This document shows, piece after piece, positions 29,105 to 38,854 of a stretch of DNA of 64,000 bases. The stretch's first letter is position 1. Each line of letters begins with the position of its first letter. The notes below the pieces were generated by a model that saw nothing but the letters and a program-made list of their open reading frames with translations, ran no database searches and was not told the DNA's origin. Position numbers and translations under genes: made by a program. Origin of the DNA: an uncultured Acidobacteriaceae bacterium (GTDB lineage Bacteria > Acidobacteriota > Terriglobia > Terriglobales > Acidobacteriaceae); NCBI GenBank assembly GCA_963838555.1, contig CAWIRK010000002.1, positions 62,127 to 126,126 on the forward strand. Direction: 5' to 3'.

Positions 29105-29989
29105 TTAGTTCATGGTCTTGACGGTGACCCCTTCGGGGAACTTCAGTTCGAACTGGTCGTCTTCGATCTTTTGATTCAGGGTCAGTTTAGTGATGGTAAT
29201 GGCGAGGCCATACTGATCCTGCGGGCGTTTGATCTCGACCTTCATGGGGAATTGAATGTCGCCGAAGGTCTGGTAGTTGCTGTAGAAGGCCTGGGTCACA
29301 ACGTGGCCGTTCTGATCGTAGATGTCCTGCTGGTAGGGAAGCAGGGTGGAGCGGCCGATGTGGATGACGCGGAGGGTGTGGGCGATATTGCCCTGGGGAG
29401 GTTCCAGAATGGTGAGTTCGTAGTCGGGCTCCTCGATCAGTTGTTTCCTGTCTTTTGGATCCGGAATGACGCGCGAGTCCTGGGTCAGGTCGACGACCTG
29501 GCCGGGCGCCAGACCGCGGACCAGCAGCGAGTCGAAGATGACTTTGGGACGCAGGCTTTCCAGGCCATGCTGCTTAGAATCGGCTGCCTCGCTGGTGCCA
29601 GTCATGGCGATTTTTTTCGGGGGGACCCAGAGCTTCCAGGTCTTACCGTTGCTGACCATGTCGAGGGCCTGCGAGCCGAGGACGGGGAGCCGCAGGAGGA
29701 CGCGCAGATCCTCCGGTTTTCGAAGAAAGATGAAACCGCCGAGGCTGGTGAACTCCTTGATCTGTCCCTGGCGGGCGCCACCTTCGGAGGCGACGATTTC
29801 GACGGTGGCGTTGAGGGCCCGGATGGCGTTGAAGCGGCTATCGACCTGAGACAGGAGCTGGTCTAGAGTCGTGCTCAAAACCACCTCGGGGGGGTGCGTC
29901 TTCGGGACGGCGCGGATGTGAGTGAGGCATCCGGTCAGCGCTGGAGCCAGCGTGACCAACCCCACCGCTAACGCTTGTCTTATCCTCAT
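29105..29989 (-). CDS. Lipoprotein with LolA/LolB-like (DUF4292-like) fold
   Basis: Lipobox LTGC; FIFLRKPEDLRV..DMVSNGKTWKLWVP; YSNYQ..FPMKVEIKRP; LNQKIEDDQFELKFPEG. Confidence 0.7.
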   Translation of the reverse strand: MRIRQALAVGLVTLAPALTGCLTHIRAVPKTHPPEVVLSTTLDQLLSQVDSRFNAIRALNATVEIVASEGGARQGQIKEFTSLGGFIFLRKPEDLRVLLRLPVLGSQALDMVSNGKTWKLWVPPKKIAMTGTSEAADSKQHGLESLRPKVIFDSLLVRGLAPGQVVDLTQDSRVIPDPKDRKQLIEEPDYELTILEPPQGNIAHTLRVIHIGRSTLLPYQQDIYDQNGHVVTQAFYSNYQTFGDIQFPMKVEIKRPQDQYGLAITITKLTLNQKIEDDQFELKFPEGVTVKTMN

Positions 29990-30178
29990 TGGCACAAACT
30001 TCAAGTATATCTGTCCTCGCGCAGAATGCCGGGCTGGCATCCCAGGGGTAAACCCAATCGCTATGGCTTCCTATACGTGTTGGATGAGGCCGTGTTCCGC
30101 AACGCTTCGCAGAGTTGGTGGCAAAACAGACGGGTTTTGGGGTGATGGGACGACAGTTCGGGGCCGCGACCGATGAAT

Positions 30179-31162
30179 TTAGCGCTTTTGGGCCTGGCGG
30201 TAGTCCTGTACCTGCTGGGCGTGTTCCTTGAGACCGACGGAGAAGCGGGTATGGCCGGCGGCGTCGCTGACAAAGTAAAGGTAGTCGGTCTGGGCGGGGT
30301 GGAGGGCGGCGCGGAGGGAGGCCAGGCTGGGGTTGGAGATAGGGCCGGGGGGGAGGCCGGTGTGTTTGTAGGTGTTGTAGGGGGACGGCGACTGCAGGTC
30401 CGAAGCGTAGATGGTGCCGCGCCAGCGATTGTCGAGCAGGGCGGCATAGATGACGGTTGGGTCGGTGGCGAGGGGAATGGATTTGGCGAGGCGGTTGGTG
30501 AAGACTCCAGCTACGAGGGGGCGTTCGGCTTCCTGGCCTACCTCTTTTTCGATGACGGAGGCCATGGTAACGGTGGGAACGATGTTGGTGCGGTCGAGGC
30601 TGAGCTGGGTGCTGGCCTGGCGGAAGCGGTGAACCATGGCGGCGAGCATCTGGAGCGGGGCGGCGTGGCGGGAGAAGCGGTAGGTGTCGGGGAAGAGGAA
30701 ACCTTCGAGGGAGTCGGGGTGGGCGTTGGGCGGGAGGAGGTCGGCGATGAGCTCGGTGTGCTGGCGCTCGGCTGCGAGGAAAGTGTCGCGTTTGGCGAAT
30801 CCGGCGGCTTCGACTGCGGTGGCTATGTCGAAGATGTTGTAGCCCTCGGGGATGGTGAGGGATTGGGTGTAGACGTCGCCCCGGACAAGGCGTTGGTAGA
30901 CTTCGGACATTGGGGTGGGGTGGTCGAAGCGGTATTCGCCGGCTTTGAGGGTGCCGCCTTTGCGGAGGCTGACGAACTCGAAGGCGTAGCGGGAGCGGAC
31001 GATGCCGGCGCGCTGCAGGCGGGCGGAGATGGCGGCGGTGCCGGCGCCGGAGGGGATGTCGACGAAGGTTTCGGAGGTGGGGCCGAAGGGGGCGTAGACG
31101 ATGTAGGCGGTGGCGGCTGCGGCGAGGAGGATGAGCAGCAAGAGGGTGAGGAGAAACTTCAA
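30179..31162 (-). CDS. mltG: Endolytic transglycosylase MltG
   Basis: LKAGEY; TIPEG; SLEGFLFPDTY; ASVIEKE; SPYNTYKHTGLPPGPISNP; YLYFV. Confidence 0.95.
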   Translation of the reverse strand: MKFLLTLLLLILLAAAATAYIVYAPFGPTSETFVDIPSGAGTAAISARLQRAGIVRSRYAFEFVSLRKGGTLKAGEYRFDHPTPMSEVYQRLVRGDVYTQSLTIPEGYNIFDIATAVEAAGFAKRDTFLAAERQHTELIADLLPPNAHPDSLEGFLFPDTYRFSRHAAPLQMLAAMVHRFRQASTQLSLDRTNIVPTVTMASVIEKEVGQEAERPLVAGVFTNRLAKSIPLATDPTVIYAALLDNRWRGTIYASDLQSPSPYNTYKHTGLPPGPISNPSLASLRAALHPAQTDYLYFVSDAAGHTRFSVGLKEHAQQVQDYRQAQKR

Positions 31163-31267
31163 ATCTGCGCCTCCGGTTGGGGAGTCAGGTTCGGCGACGA
31201 CGCGTTGGCAGTTGGCCGGTGCACTGAGTTCCGACTATTTTACGGTGAGACCGTTACACTCAAGACC

Positions 31268-31777
31268 GTGACCGAGGATTCGTTCAAACCGGAGACGCCG
31301 AACTCTGAGGCGGGGGGGCCACCGAAGGCTGAGGAGGGGGCGCTGGTGCCGCGAATTCTGGGGTTCGATGTGGGGGACCGGCGGATTGGATTGGCGATCT
31401 CGGACCCGCTTGGGTATACGGCTCAGCCTCTTTTTACGCTGCACCGGGCGGGAAAGAGGGCGGACTTGAAGTCGGTGGGGCGGGTGCTTCGGAAGCACGG
31501 AGTGACGGAGGCGGTGGTGGGGAATCCGTTGTATATGTCTGGGGATCAGAGCCCGCAGGCGGCTAAGGCGCAGGGTTTTGCCGAAGAGCTGCGGGCTGAG
31601 TTCGGGATCACGGTGCATCTGTGGGATGAACGGCTGACGACGACCCAGGCGCACCGTCATCTGGACGACGCCGGTCACGCTGCGATTGGACGCAAGGGGA
31701 TCATTGACCAAGTGGCGGCGGTGTTGATTTTACAGTCGTTTCTGGAGGCTCGGGCCAACCAGCGGGGGAGATCGTAG
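31268..31777 (+). CDS. ruvX: YqgF/RuvX family RNase H-like nuclease
   Basis: ILGFDVGDRRIGLAISD; VVGNP; WDERLTT; DQVAAVLILQSFL; GTG 31268 follows TACACT. Confidence 0.92.
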   Translation: MTEDSFKPETPNSEAGGPPKAEEGALVPRILGFDVGDRRIGLAISDPLGYTAQPLFTLHRAGKRADLKSVGRVLRKHGVTEAVVGNPLYMSGDQSPQAAKAQGFAEELRAEFGITVHLWDERLTTTQAHRHLDDAGHAAIGRKGIIDQVAAVLILQSFLEARANQRGRS

Positions 31778-31910
31778 GGCCTCCTTCCCGTCGCGGGCAA
31801 CCCTGGGTGCGGGTTTTCGCGTCCTGCCATCGTATAATCGTTTTTTGACCTCAAAGCGTTGCCGCCCGACCATCTGCGAGCACGCTAAAGTATTGTCCGG
31901 AAGGCCCCAA

Positions 31911-32384
31911 ATGCCAGAAGAAGTAAAGAAAAGGCTCGCAGAAGAGATCAAGTTACTTGAACACGAGCTGACGACCGAATTGCCTGCAGAGATCAAAAAA
32001 GCGGTCGCTCTGGGAGACCTGAGCGAGAACGCCGAGTACCACATGGCCAAGCAACGCCAGGTCTTCGTCAACGCCCGGCTGGGACAGTTGAAGAAGCGAA
32101 TGGGCGAACTGGCCATGGTGAACCTGGTCAATATCCCCAACGACAAGGTGGGCTTCGGCTCGCGGGTTACGGTCTTCGACGCGAGTAAGGACGAGGAGAT
32201 CCGGTACCAGCTGGTGACCAGCGAAGAATCCGATGTGGCAAAGGGTCTGATATCGACGACTTCGCCGATCGGCCGTGCGCTGCTGGGCAAGCAGGTAGGC
32301 GATACAGCGACGGTAATCACGCCGAACGGCAAGCGGGAGCTGGAGATTCTTAAGCTGCTTACCATTCATGACGCTGCCGAGTAA
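31911..32384 (+). CDS. greA: Transcription elongation factor GreA
   Basis: GDLSENAEYHMAK; VGFGSRV; ISTTSPIGRALLGK. Confidence 0.95.
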   Translation: MPEEVKKRLAEEIKLLEHELTTELPAEIKKAVALGDLSENAEYHMAKQRQVFVNARLGQLKKRMGELAMVNLVNIPNDKVGFGSRVTVFDASKDEEIRYQLVTSEESDVAKGLISTTSPIGRALLGKQVGDTATVITPNGKRELEILKLLTIHDAAE

Positions 32385-32459
32385 GTTGGGCGGCACGTCT
32401 CCGGACGTGTTATTAAGGAAGCGGCGAAGACGGGGTTTTGGCCCCGGAGGATTAGTTTT

Positions 32460-33092
32460 TTGACCTGGACAAGCGCATTCGGCAAGGGCAGCGGCTGGCT
32501 GCTGCAAAAGATCGTCAACGGGCTGGCGTTAACCCGGATCTCTCCGAACATGCTGACGTTTATCGGGCTGGTGATCAATATCATCGCGGCGTGTTTTTTT
32601 GGGTTTGCGCGGCCGAACAACGCGAACCGGATGTTCTTGTATGCGGGGCTGATCATCATCGGGGCGGGTGTCTTCGATATGGTGGACGGACGGGTGGCGC
32701 GGAAGACGAACCAGGTTTCGCTGTTCGGGGCGTTCTTTGACTCGGTGATGGACCGTTACTCGGATGTGGCGATTTTTTTTGGCCTGCTGATTTTTTATGC
32801 TCGAGGCAATCGGCTGTTTTATGTGGGGCTGGTTGGATTTGTGATGACGGCGTGTGTGATGGTTAGCTATACCCGGGCGCGGGCCGAGGCGCTGATTGGG
32901 ACCTGCAAGGTTGGGTTCATGGAGCGGCCGGAACGGATTGTGTGCGTGATTCTGGGTGCGCTGTGTTATCGATGGGGCGTAATGGCTCCGGCTCTGTGGG
33001 TGCTGGCGCTGTTTGCAACGTTAACGGTGATACACCGCATCCGCTATACGTATCTGGAGACGGAGCGCCGCAAGCTGCAAGCGGTGCGGTAG
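32460..33092 (+). CDS. CDP-alcohol phosphatidyltransferase (PIP-synthase-like)
   Basis: PNMLT; DMVDGRVAR...GAFFDSVMDRYSD signature; SYTRARAE; MERPER. Confidence 0.9.
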   Translation: MTWTSAFGKGSGWLLQKIVNGLALTRISPNMLTFIGLVINIIAACFFGFARPNNANRMFLYAGLIIIGAGVFDMVDGRVARKTNQVSLFGAFFDSVMDRYSDVAIFFGLLIFYARGNRLFYVGLVGFVMTACVMVSYTRARAEALIGTCKVGFMERPERIVCVILGALCYRWGVMAPALWVLALFATLTVIHRIRYTYLETERRKLQAVR

Positions 33093-33295
33093 TTACGACA
33101 GACATACAAGAGGTATAAAGTGGCTAGTGACTTGCTGCTGTAAATTGTTGTCGCGGATCGGGCCCTGGGCCGAGTGGGATAAGACAGGGGAAGTCAGCGC
33201 TTTTCTGCAAAATTTGACAGGTTGGGATTGGCTTTTTCCTTCCTTGTACGGCTCCTGCGCAAGATAGAGCAACTAATCTTCTTTTTCGGGGTTCT

Positions 33296-34501
33296 ATGCT
33301 TGTTCTTTCTGAACCAAATGAAGCAGCGAGGTCGATTGCAGCCACGACAATTCACATTGTGCGCGGGTGCGATTCAATTCTGCGTCTGCAACGGATTCTT
33401 GCCGATCTGAGTTTGAAGTGCGGGCAGCCGGGCGTAATGGACGATGTGGGTTATTTTTTGTCCAAGCCGGGTACCCTGAGAAGGGTTCCCCATCTGTTGC
33501 TCTTCTCGAAGGCCCCCGTACTGGATATGGAACGGCTGACAGCGGAAGACTTGCTGGGAGCTGTTCTTCTGTATCGATATGTCGTGCTGGGCTGTGGGAT
33601 TGGGATGTTCAGCACGAATGACCGATCTGGAAGAGGCACCCTGGTGGCTCCGCCAGCTTTGCGTTCGATCCTGGCGGAGATGGCTACGCGCAGTTTGATG
33701 GATCGGGGCGTTCTTGCGGTGCTGATCTCGTTTCGCGAGGGGGATGCGGCGAAACCTCACAAGGGATCGGACAAGAGCCAGCCCTCTGGGGGTTCCACGG
33801 TAACCGAGAAGAACGCGCGATGGGTGTGGCGGGAGCGAGAGACGCCGGATTATCTCGAGATGGGGGAGACCTTCGACGCGACTTTGGCGAAGATTGGGAC
33901 GCGTACGAGAAGGAACATGCGCTACTATCGCAAACGCGCCGAAGCGGAACTGGGATGCGTTTTCCTGCCAACAGTTCAGATCAGCAAGCGCGAGTTCCTC
34001 GAGTTCAATCGTGAGTGCATGTATGCGGTTCCTGCGAAGGTGGCTGCGTGGCGCTATGACTCCCTCAAATATCTTGAGACGCCTTTGTTTATGGGGATCA
34101 AGGATAAAGACGGACGCTGGCTGAGCCTGCTGGGGGGAAGAAGGCATCATGATGGCACGGAGATTCTATGGCAGATGAACCGGAGCGGACTGTCGGCCTA
34201 CTCGCTGAGCATTGTGATGCGGTCTTACTTCATGGAGCATGAGATCGCGCACGGCATGACGAAGCTGTACATGGAAGGCGGAACGGCGCATCCGATGCGA
34301 TTCTCGTTTGTCAACGACAAGGTCACGGACCTGGTGGTTGTGCGGCGTTCGCGGCTGGGGGTGGTGGTTCCGACGCTGGCACACCTTTTTATCAAACCTG
34401 ACAATGAGCTTGCGCTGATGCTGCTGGACAAGAGTTTGTACGGACGCAAGACGCCAAATGGAACTCGACCTCTTGCTTCGCCAGAGGAGGAAGCTAGCTG
34501 A
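33296..34501 (+). CDS. Hypothetical protein with possible GNAT (CelD/BcsL, FemAB-like) C-terminal domain
   Basis: 401-aa ORF; TFDATLAKIGTRTRRNMRYYRKRAEAE; MEHEIAHGMTKLYMEGG. Confidence 0.6.
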   Translation: MLVLSEPNEAARSIAATTIHIVRGCDSILRLQRILADLSLKCGQPGVMDDVGYFLSKPGTLRRVPHLLLFSKAPVLDMERLTAEDLLGAVLLYRYVVLGCGIGMFSTNDRSGRGTLVAPPALRSILAEMATRSLMDRGVLAVLISFREGDAAKPHKGSDKSQPSGGSTVTEKNARWVWRERETPDYLEMGETFDATLAKIGTRTRRNMRYYRKRAEAELGCVFLPTVQISKREFLEFNRECMYAVPAKVAAWRYDSLKYLETPLFMGIKDKDGRWLSLLGGRRHHDGTEILWQMNRSGLSAYSLSIVMRSYFMEHEIAHGMTKLYMEGGTAHPMRFSFVNDKVTDLVVVRRSRLGVVVPTLAHLFIKPDNELALMLLDKSLYGRKTPNGTRPLASPEEEAS

Positions 34502-34524
34502 TTCCCCCTGGTTTGCACTCAGAG

Positions 34525-36261
34525 CTAGGACAGGATCCGCTGGAGCACGTTGGTTTTTGCGAGGTCGATGATCTCGTCGCCGCGTCCGCTGAAGACGCTT
34601 CTGGCCATGTAGAGCGAGAAGCCCTTCATTTGGTCGAGACTGATGTGCGGCGGCATGGAGAGCTCGAGGCGGTTCACCATGACTTCGACCAATGCCGGGC
34701 CTGGTGTGGCAAAGGCGGTTCGCAGGGCGGCTTCGATGTCGATGGGTTGTTCGACGCGAATGCCCTGAATGCCGATGGCGTTGGCCAAGGCAGCGAAGCT
34801 GGGGTTGTCGAGGTCGGTGGCGTAGGTGACGATGCCGGCGGCCTTCATCTCGAGTTCGACGAATGCGAGAGCGCCGTTGTTGAAGACGACCACCTTTACG
34901 GGGAGCTTGAGCTGGCGGAGGGTGAGGAGATCGCCGAGCATCATGGACAGACCACCGTCGCCCGAGAGGGTTACGACCTGACGGCCGGGGAAGGCGGACT
35001 GTGCTCCGATGCCCTGGGGAACGGCGCAGGCCATTGATCCGTGATTGAAGGAGCCGAGGAGGCGGCGACGTCCGTTCATGGTGAGATAGCGGGCGGCCCA
35101 GACGGTGGGCGTGCCTACGTCGCAGGTGAAGATAGCGTCGTCGGCTGCGAGCTGGTCGATGAGTTTTGCGAGGTACTGCGGGTGAATGGGGGTCTTGTTG
35201 TCGTCGGCGGCGGCCAGTTCCTCTAACCCTTCGCGGACCTTCTTGTAGTCTTTGGTTTCCTCGTTGAGGTGAGTTCGGTCGGTCTTGGTCTCGAGGAGAG
35301 GGAGCAGGGCGGCAAGGGTGTCCTTGATCGATCCGACGAGACCGAGGTCGACTTTGGTGCGGCGGCCGATCTGGTTGCCGCGGATGTCGATCTGAATGAC
35401 CTTCGCGTGTTTGGGAAAGAATTGATCGTAGGGAAGGTCGGTGCCGAGCATCAGGAGAACATCGCAGTCTTCCATGGCGTGGTAACCGGAGCTGAAACCG
35501 ATCAAGCCGGTGAGCCCGACGTCGTAGGGATTGTCGTACTCGATGTATTCCTTGCCGCGAAGGGCGTGCACGATCGGAGATTTAAGAGCTTCGGCAGTTG
35601 TCATCAGCTCGGAGTGGGCGTCTTTGCAGCCGGCGCCGCCGAGGATGGTGATCTTCTTTCCGGCATTCAGGATGTTGGCGGCTTCGCGGAGTTCTTCGTC
35701 GTTGGGGCGGATAAGGGGATTCGCTATACGGATGGGCGGTCCGCTGTGATCGTTGGGGGCATTGTGCAGGGCGATGTCGCCTGGGATCACAATCACGGCG
35801 ACACCGGAGAGGTTGATGGCGGTGCGCATGGCGATGTCGAGGACGCGGGGCATCTGCTCGGGGATGCCGACCATCTCGCAGTAGTCGCTGCACTCTTTGA
35901 AGAGATTCTGGGGATGAGTTTCCTGAAAGTAATTGGTGCCGATCTCGGTGCTGGGAATGTGTGCTGCGATGGCGAGGACGGGCACACGGCTGCGATGGCA
36001 GTCGAACAAACCATTGATGAGGTGGAGATTGCCGGGGCCGCAGCTTGCCGCGCAGACGGCTAGCGAGCCGGTAAGATGTGCGTCGGCGCCGGCGGCGAAT
36101 GCGGCGACTTCTTCGTTGCGCACGTGGACCCACTCCAGGGTGCCGTCTCTGCGCAGCGCGTCGGTAAAGCCGTTGAGCGAGTCGCCCGGTAAGCCGTAGA
36201 CACGTTTGACACCTGCATTCTTCAAGGTTTCTACCAACAGTTCTGCGATCGTCTTTGCCAT
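34525..36261 (-). CDS. poxB: Pyruvate dehydrogenase (quinone) / pyruvate oxidase
   Basis: [10 protein letters not shown]; [10 protein letters not shown]; [13 protein letters not shown]; YFQETHP; GSFNHGSMA; GDGGLSM; ELEMKAAG. Confidence 0.95.
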   Translation of the reverse strand: MAKTIAELLVETLKNAGVKRVYGLPGDSLNGFTDALRRDGTLEWVHVRNEEVAAFAAGADAHLTGSLAVCAASCGPGNLHLINGLFDCHRSRVPVLAIAAHIPSTEIGTNYFQETHPQNLFKECSDYCEMVGIPEQMPRVLDIAMRTAINLSGVAVIVIPGDIALHNAPNDHSGPPIRIANPLIRPNDEELREAANILNAGKKITILGGAGCKDAHSELMTTAEALKSPIVHALRGKEYIEYDNPYDVGLTGLIGFSSGYHAMEDCDVLLMLGTDLPYDQFFPKHAKVIQIDIRGNQIGRRTKVDLGLVGSIKDTLAALLPLLETKTDRTHLNEETKDYKKVREGLEELAAADDNKTPIHPQYLAKLIDQLAADDAIFTCDVGTPTVWAARYLTMNGRRRLLGSFNHGSMACAVPQGIGAQSAFPGRQVVTLSGDGGLSMMLGDLLTLRQLKLPVKVVVFNNGALAFVELEMKAAGIVTYATDLDNPSFAALANAIGIQGIRVEQPIDIEAALRTAFATPGPALVEVMVNRLELSMPPHISLDQMKGFSLYMARSVFSGRGDEIIDLAKTNVLQRILS

Positions 36262-36334
36262 GTGCTCCCTCGGATCTGTTCGCTGCGATTGTGGATCGGT
36301 GTGGATGAGACCAATCCCGTAAACTTGAGATGCA

Positions 36335-37255
36335 ATGACTACGCAACCAGTTCTGTTAATTCACGGCGGCGCCTGGGCTATGCCTGACGACGCTGTTGCC
36401 GCCCACGAAGATGGCGTCGCCAATGCCCTGGCAGCCGGATATGCGCTTCTCGAGAGAGGGGCCAGTGCTGTTGATGCTGTTGAAGCTGCGGTTGCTGTGA
36501 TGGAGGACGATGAGACCTTCGATGCTGGGCGGGGATCGTTTCTAACGCAGGATGGGCGGGTACAGATGGATGCTCTGCTGATGAATGGGGAGAACCTGCG
36601 CACCGGCGGGGTGGCTTGCGTGGAGCGCATCCGCAACCCGATTCATGCGGCGCGGCTGGTGCTGGATAAGTCGCCGCATGTGTATTTTGTGGGGACGGGA
36701 GCGGAGCGATTTGCTAGGCAGCATGGGATGGCGCTGTGCGACAACATGGAGCTGGTGATTCCGCGGGAGCAGGAGCGGCTGTATAAAGCTCAGGCGGATG
36801 AACGGGCGGGGCTGCCGGATGAGACTTTTTCGGGCAGTCTTGATTCTCATGACACGGTTGGGGCGGTGGCGCTGGATCGTCATGGGAATATTGCCGCGGG
36901 GACGAGCACGGGTGGTACGTTGAACAAGGCTCCGGGACGTGTGGGTGACTCTTCGCTGATTGGGTGCGGGTGTTATGCAGATAATCACACGGCTGCTGTG
37001 TCGCTGACGGGTTGGGGCGAGCCGATTATGAAACTAGTGCTCGGCAAATGGGCTGTGGATCGGGTCGCTGCGGGTGCGAGCCCTGACGAAGCTGCGCGTG
37101 CGGCGATTGATTATCTTTTTGAGCGGCTGGGCGGGCATGGGGGGATTATTCTGCTGGACGCCGATGGCCGGGTGGGGTTGGCGCACAACACTCCGCGCAT
37201 GGCGTGGGGGCTGCGGACGGTTGCGGGTGTCGAGATTGGCGTGACTCGTAACTGA
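36335..37255 (+). CDS. iaaA: Isoaspartyl peptidase / L-asparaginase (Ntn hydrolase)
   Basis: IHGGA; [10 protein letters not shown]; TSTGG; GRVGDS; TGWGE. Confidence 0.9.
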   Translation: MTTQPVLLIHGGAWAMPDDAVAAHEDGVANALAAGYALLERGASAVDAVEAAVAVMEDDETFDAGRGSFLTQDGRVQMDALLMNGENLRTGGVACVERIRNPIHAARLVLDKSPHVYFVGTGAERFARQHGMALCDNMELVIPREQERLYKAQADERAGLPDETFSGSLDSHDTVGAVALDRHGNIAAGTSTGGTLNKAPGRVGDSSLIGCGCYADNHTAAVSLTGWGEPIMKLVLGKWAVDRVAAGASPDEAARAAIDYLFERLGGHGGIILLDADGRVGLAHNTPRMAWGLRTVAGVEIGVTRN

Positions 37256-37291
37256 GGTTTGGTGGTTTGTCGTTGCGACGAGGCTGAAGCT

Positions 37292-37891
37292 TCAGCGCTG
37301 CTGGTTGATGACTAGTTGTGCTCTTGCTTTGTGCCACTCGTCGGTGGTGATCTCCCATATCTCACTGGGATGCCTGCCGGAGACGAAGTCTCGCTCTTCG
37401 GTCGCGACGAGGCGCATGCCGGTCTTTTCAGAGATGCGGCGGGAGGCGAGGTTGCCCACGGCCTTGGGCGCGCGGAGGACTGGGAAACTGAGGACGTCGA
37501 ACCAGAAATCGTTGACTGCGATTACGGCCTCGGTCATCAGGCCCTGACCGTGCCAGGGAAGTCCAAGCCAGAAGCCGCGATTGTCGGGCCTGGTTCGATT
37601 CTGGGCGTTGGATCGATGCAGACTGATGGCTCCGATGTGTTTCTCGGGCGATTGCCTGAGTCGCAGCGTCCATTGCCATTCGTCGCCGCGTTCGATGGCG
37701 GGGATCGCGACGTCACGGTAGAAGGTGAGAGCGCCGTCTGCGGGGTAGGGCCAGGGAACATTTGGGTTAAGATGTTTGACGATCTCCCAATGGGGAAAGA
37801 GAAGCTGGGTCTGCTGGGCGTCCGAGAGCTGGAGAGGGCGCAGGAGGAGTCGCGGGGTGTGGAGTTCGACGGCGGGGGCGCTGGTCGACAT
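37292..37891 (-). CDS. GNAT N-acetyltransferase (RimJ/RimL family)
   Basis: LHTPRLLLRP; GFWLGLPWHGQGLMTEA; NLASRRISEKTGM. Confidence 0.88.
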   Translation of the reverse strand: MSTSAPAVELHTPRLLLRPLQLSDAQQTQLLFPHWEIVKHLNPNVPWPYPADGALTFYRDVAIPAIERGDEWQWTLRLRQSPEKHIGAISLHRSNAQNRTRPDNRGFWLGLPWHGQGLMTEAVIAVNDFWFDVLSFPVLRAPKAVGNLASRRISEKTGMRLVATEERDFVSGRHPSEIWEITTDEWHKARAQLVINQQR

Positions 37892-37914
37892 GGTAGGGAC
37901 TTCCTGAGAAAAGT

Positions 37915-38679
37915 CTATTTGCTTACTTTTTGGATTTTGGATGCGGTCGGTGTATCCGAGCACTTCACGCCGGTCTCTGTGAGCTCGCAGTGGCAGGCCT
38001 TCCAGTCGGTGTGGGCTTTGGTGCAGATTGCGGTGGCCTTCGCCGGCTGGTTGGTGCGGTCGTAGGCGACTGCGAGATATTCGCGGTCTGAGAGCAGAGC
38101 GTCCTTTACGTCGTCGTCCTCGTCGGGATCGGCGGCGGCTTTTGCGTCGAGACCCTCGGCGACTTCGAAGCCCGCGACGCTTGCGCCGGCGTGGCCGCAT
38201 CGCAGAGCAGCGCGCGCCATGTTGCGCAGATAGTAGGCGTCATTTGTCTGCGCTCTGATCGCGTTGGTGTAGGAGTCTTCTGCGGCGCAGAAGTCTTTCG
38301 CCTGCTCCTGAGCAGCGCCAAGACCGTCGAAGTTCCACGCTGTGGGCTGGAGTGCAATTGCTTTGCGGCAGGTTGCCGGATCCGACGTTGTGCCGTTGAC
38401 GTTGTTGAGATTGGTGTGGCAGCGACGAGTCCATGCGTCGGCATTCTCGGGATCGAACCTGAGGGCACGATCAACTGCCTTCGCCGAGTCCTTCCCGTAG
38501 CCGGCTTTTTGCAGGATGAGATCCGATACGGTGGTCTGGACCTCTGCTGGAAGCTTCATGGTGAAGGTGTCCATTGCCGGATGCTTTGCTGCGAGGACGA
38601 TCAGCAGAACGAAGGCCAGCGGGAGGCAGAGCAAGAGTCCGAGTAAACCCCACAAAACAGGCCGCATTGCAGGCTGCAT
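37915..38679 (-). CDS. Membrane-anchored Cys-rich TPR-like hypothetical protein
   Basis: N-terminal TM; ALRFDPENADAW; KAIALQP; AEDSYTNAI helical repeats. Confidence 0.6.
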   Translation of the reverse strand: MQPAMRPVLWGLLGLLLCLPLAFVLLIVLAAKHPAMDTFTMKLPAEVQTTVSDLILQKAGYGKDSAKAVDRALRFDPENADAWTRRCHTNLNNVNGTTSDPATCRKAIALQPTAWNFDGLGAAQEQAKDFCAAEDSYTNAIRAQTNDAYYLRNMARAALRCGHAGASVAGFEVAEGLDAKAAADPDEDDDVKDALLSDREYLAVAYDRTNQPAKATAICTKAHTDWKACHCELTETGVKCSDTPTASKIQKVSK

Positions 38680-38854
38680 GACGACGCTCCTCTACGAAGG
38701 AATTTGGCCAGTATACCTGTCGTTACTGCTTTCCCACTTGCGCACTGAATGGTCATTCATGTAGAACATCGCGTTGTCTAAGTTGGCCGCCGGGGCGTTG
38801 CGAAGGTAACGTTATGCCGCGGATTGCACGGTTTCCAAAAGGGGAGCACGATCC

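Noticed and set aside
30173-31777. 534-aa RuvX fusion in the ORF track
   Set aside because: First 365 codons are antisense to mltG; the real gene starts near GTG 31268
37292-38200. Arg-rich N-terminal extension on the GNAT protein
   Set aside because: Alternative frame of the upstream TPR gene; likely start is ATG 37891
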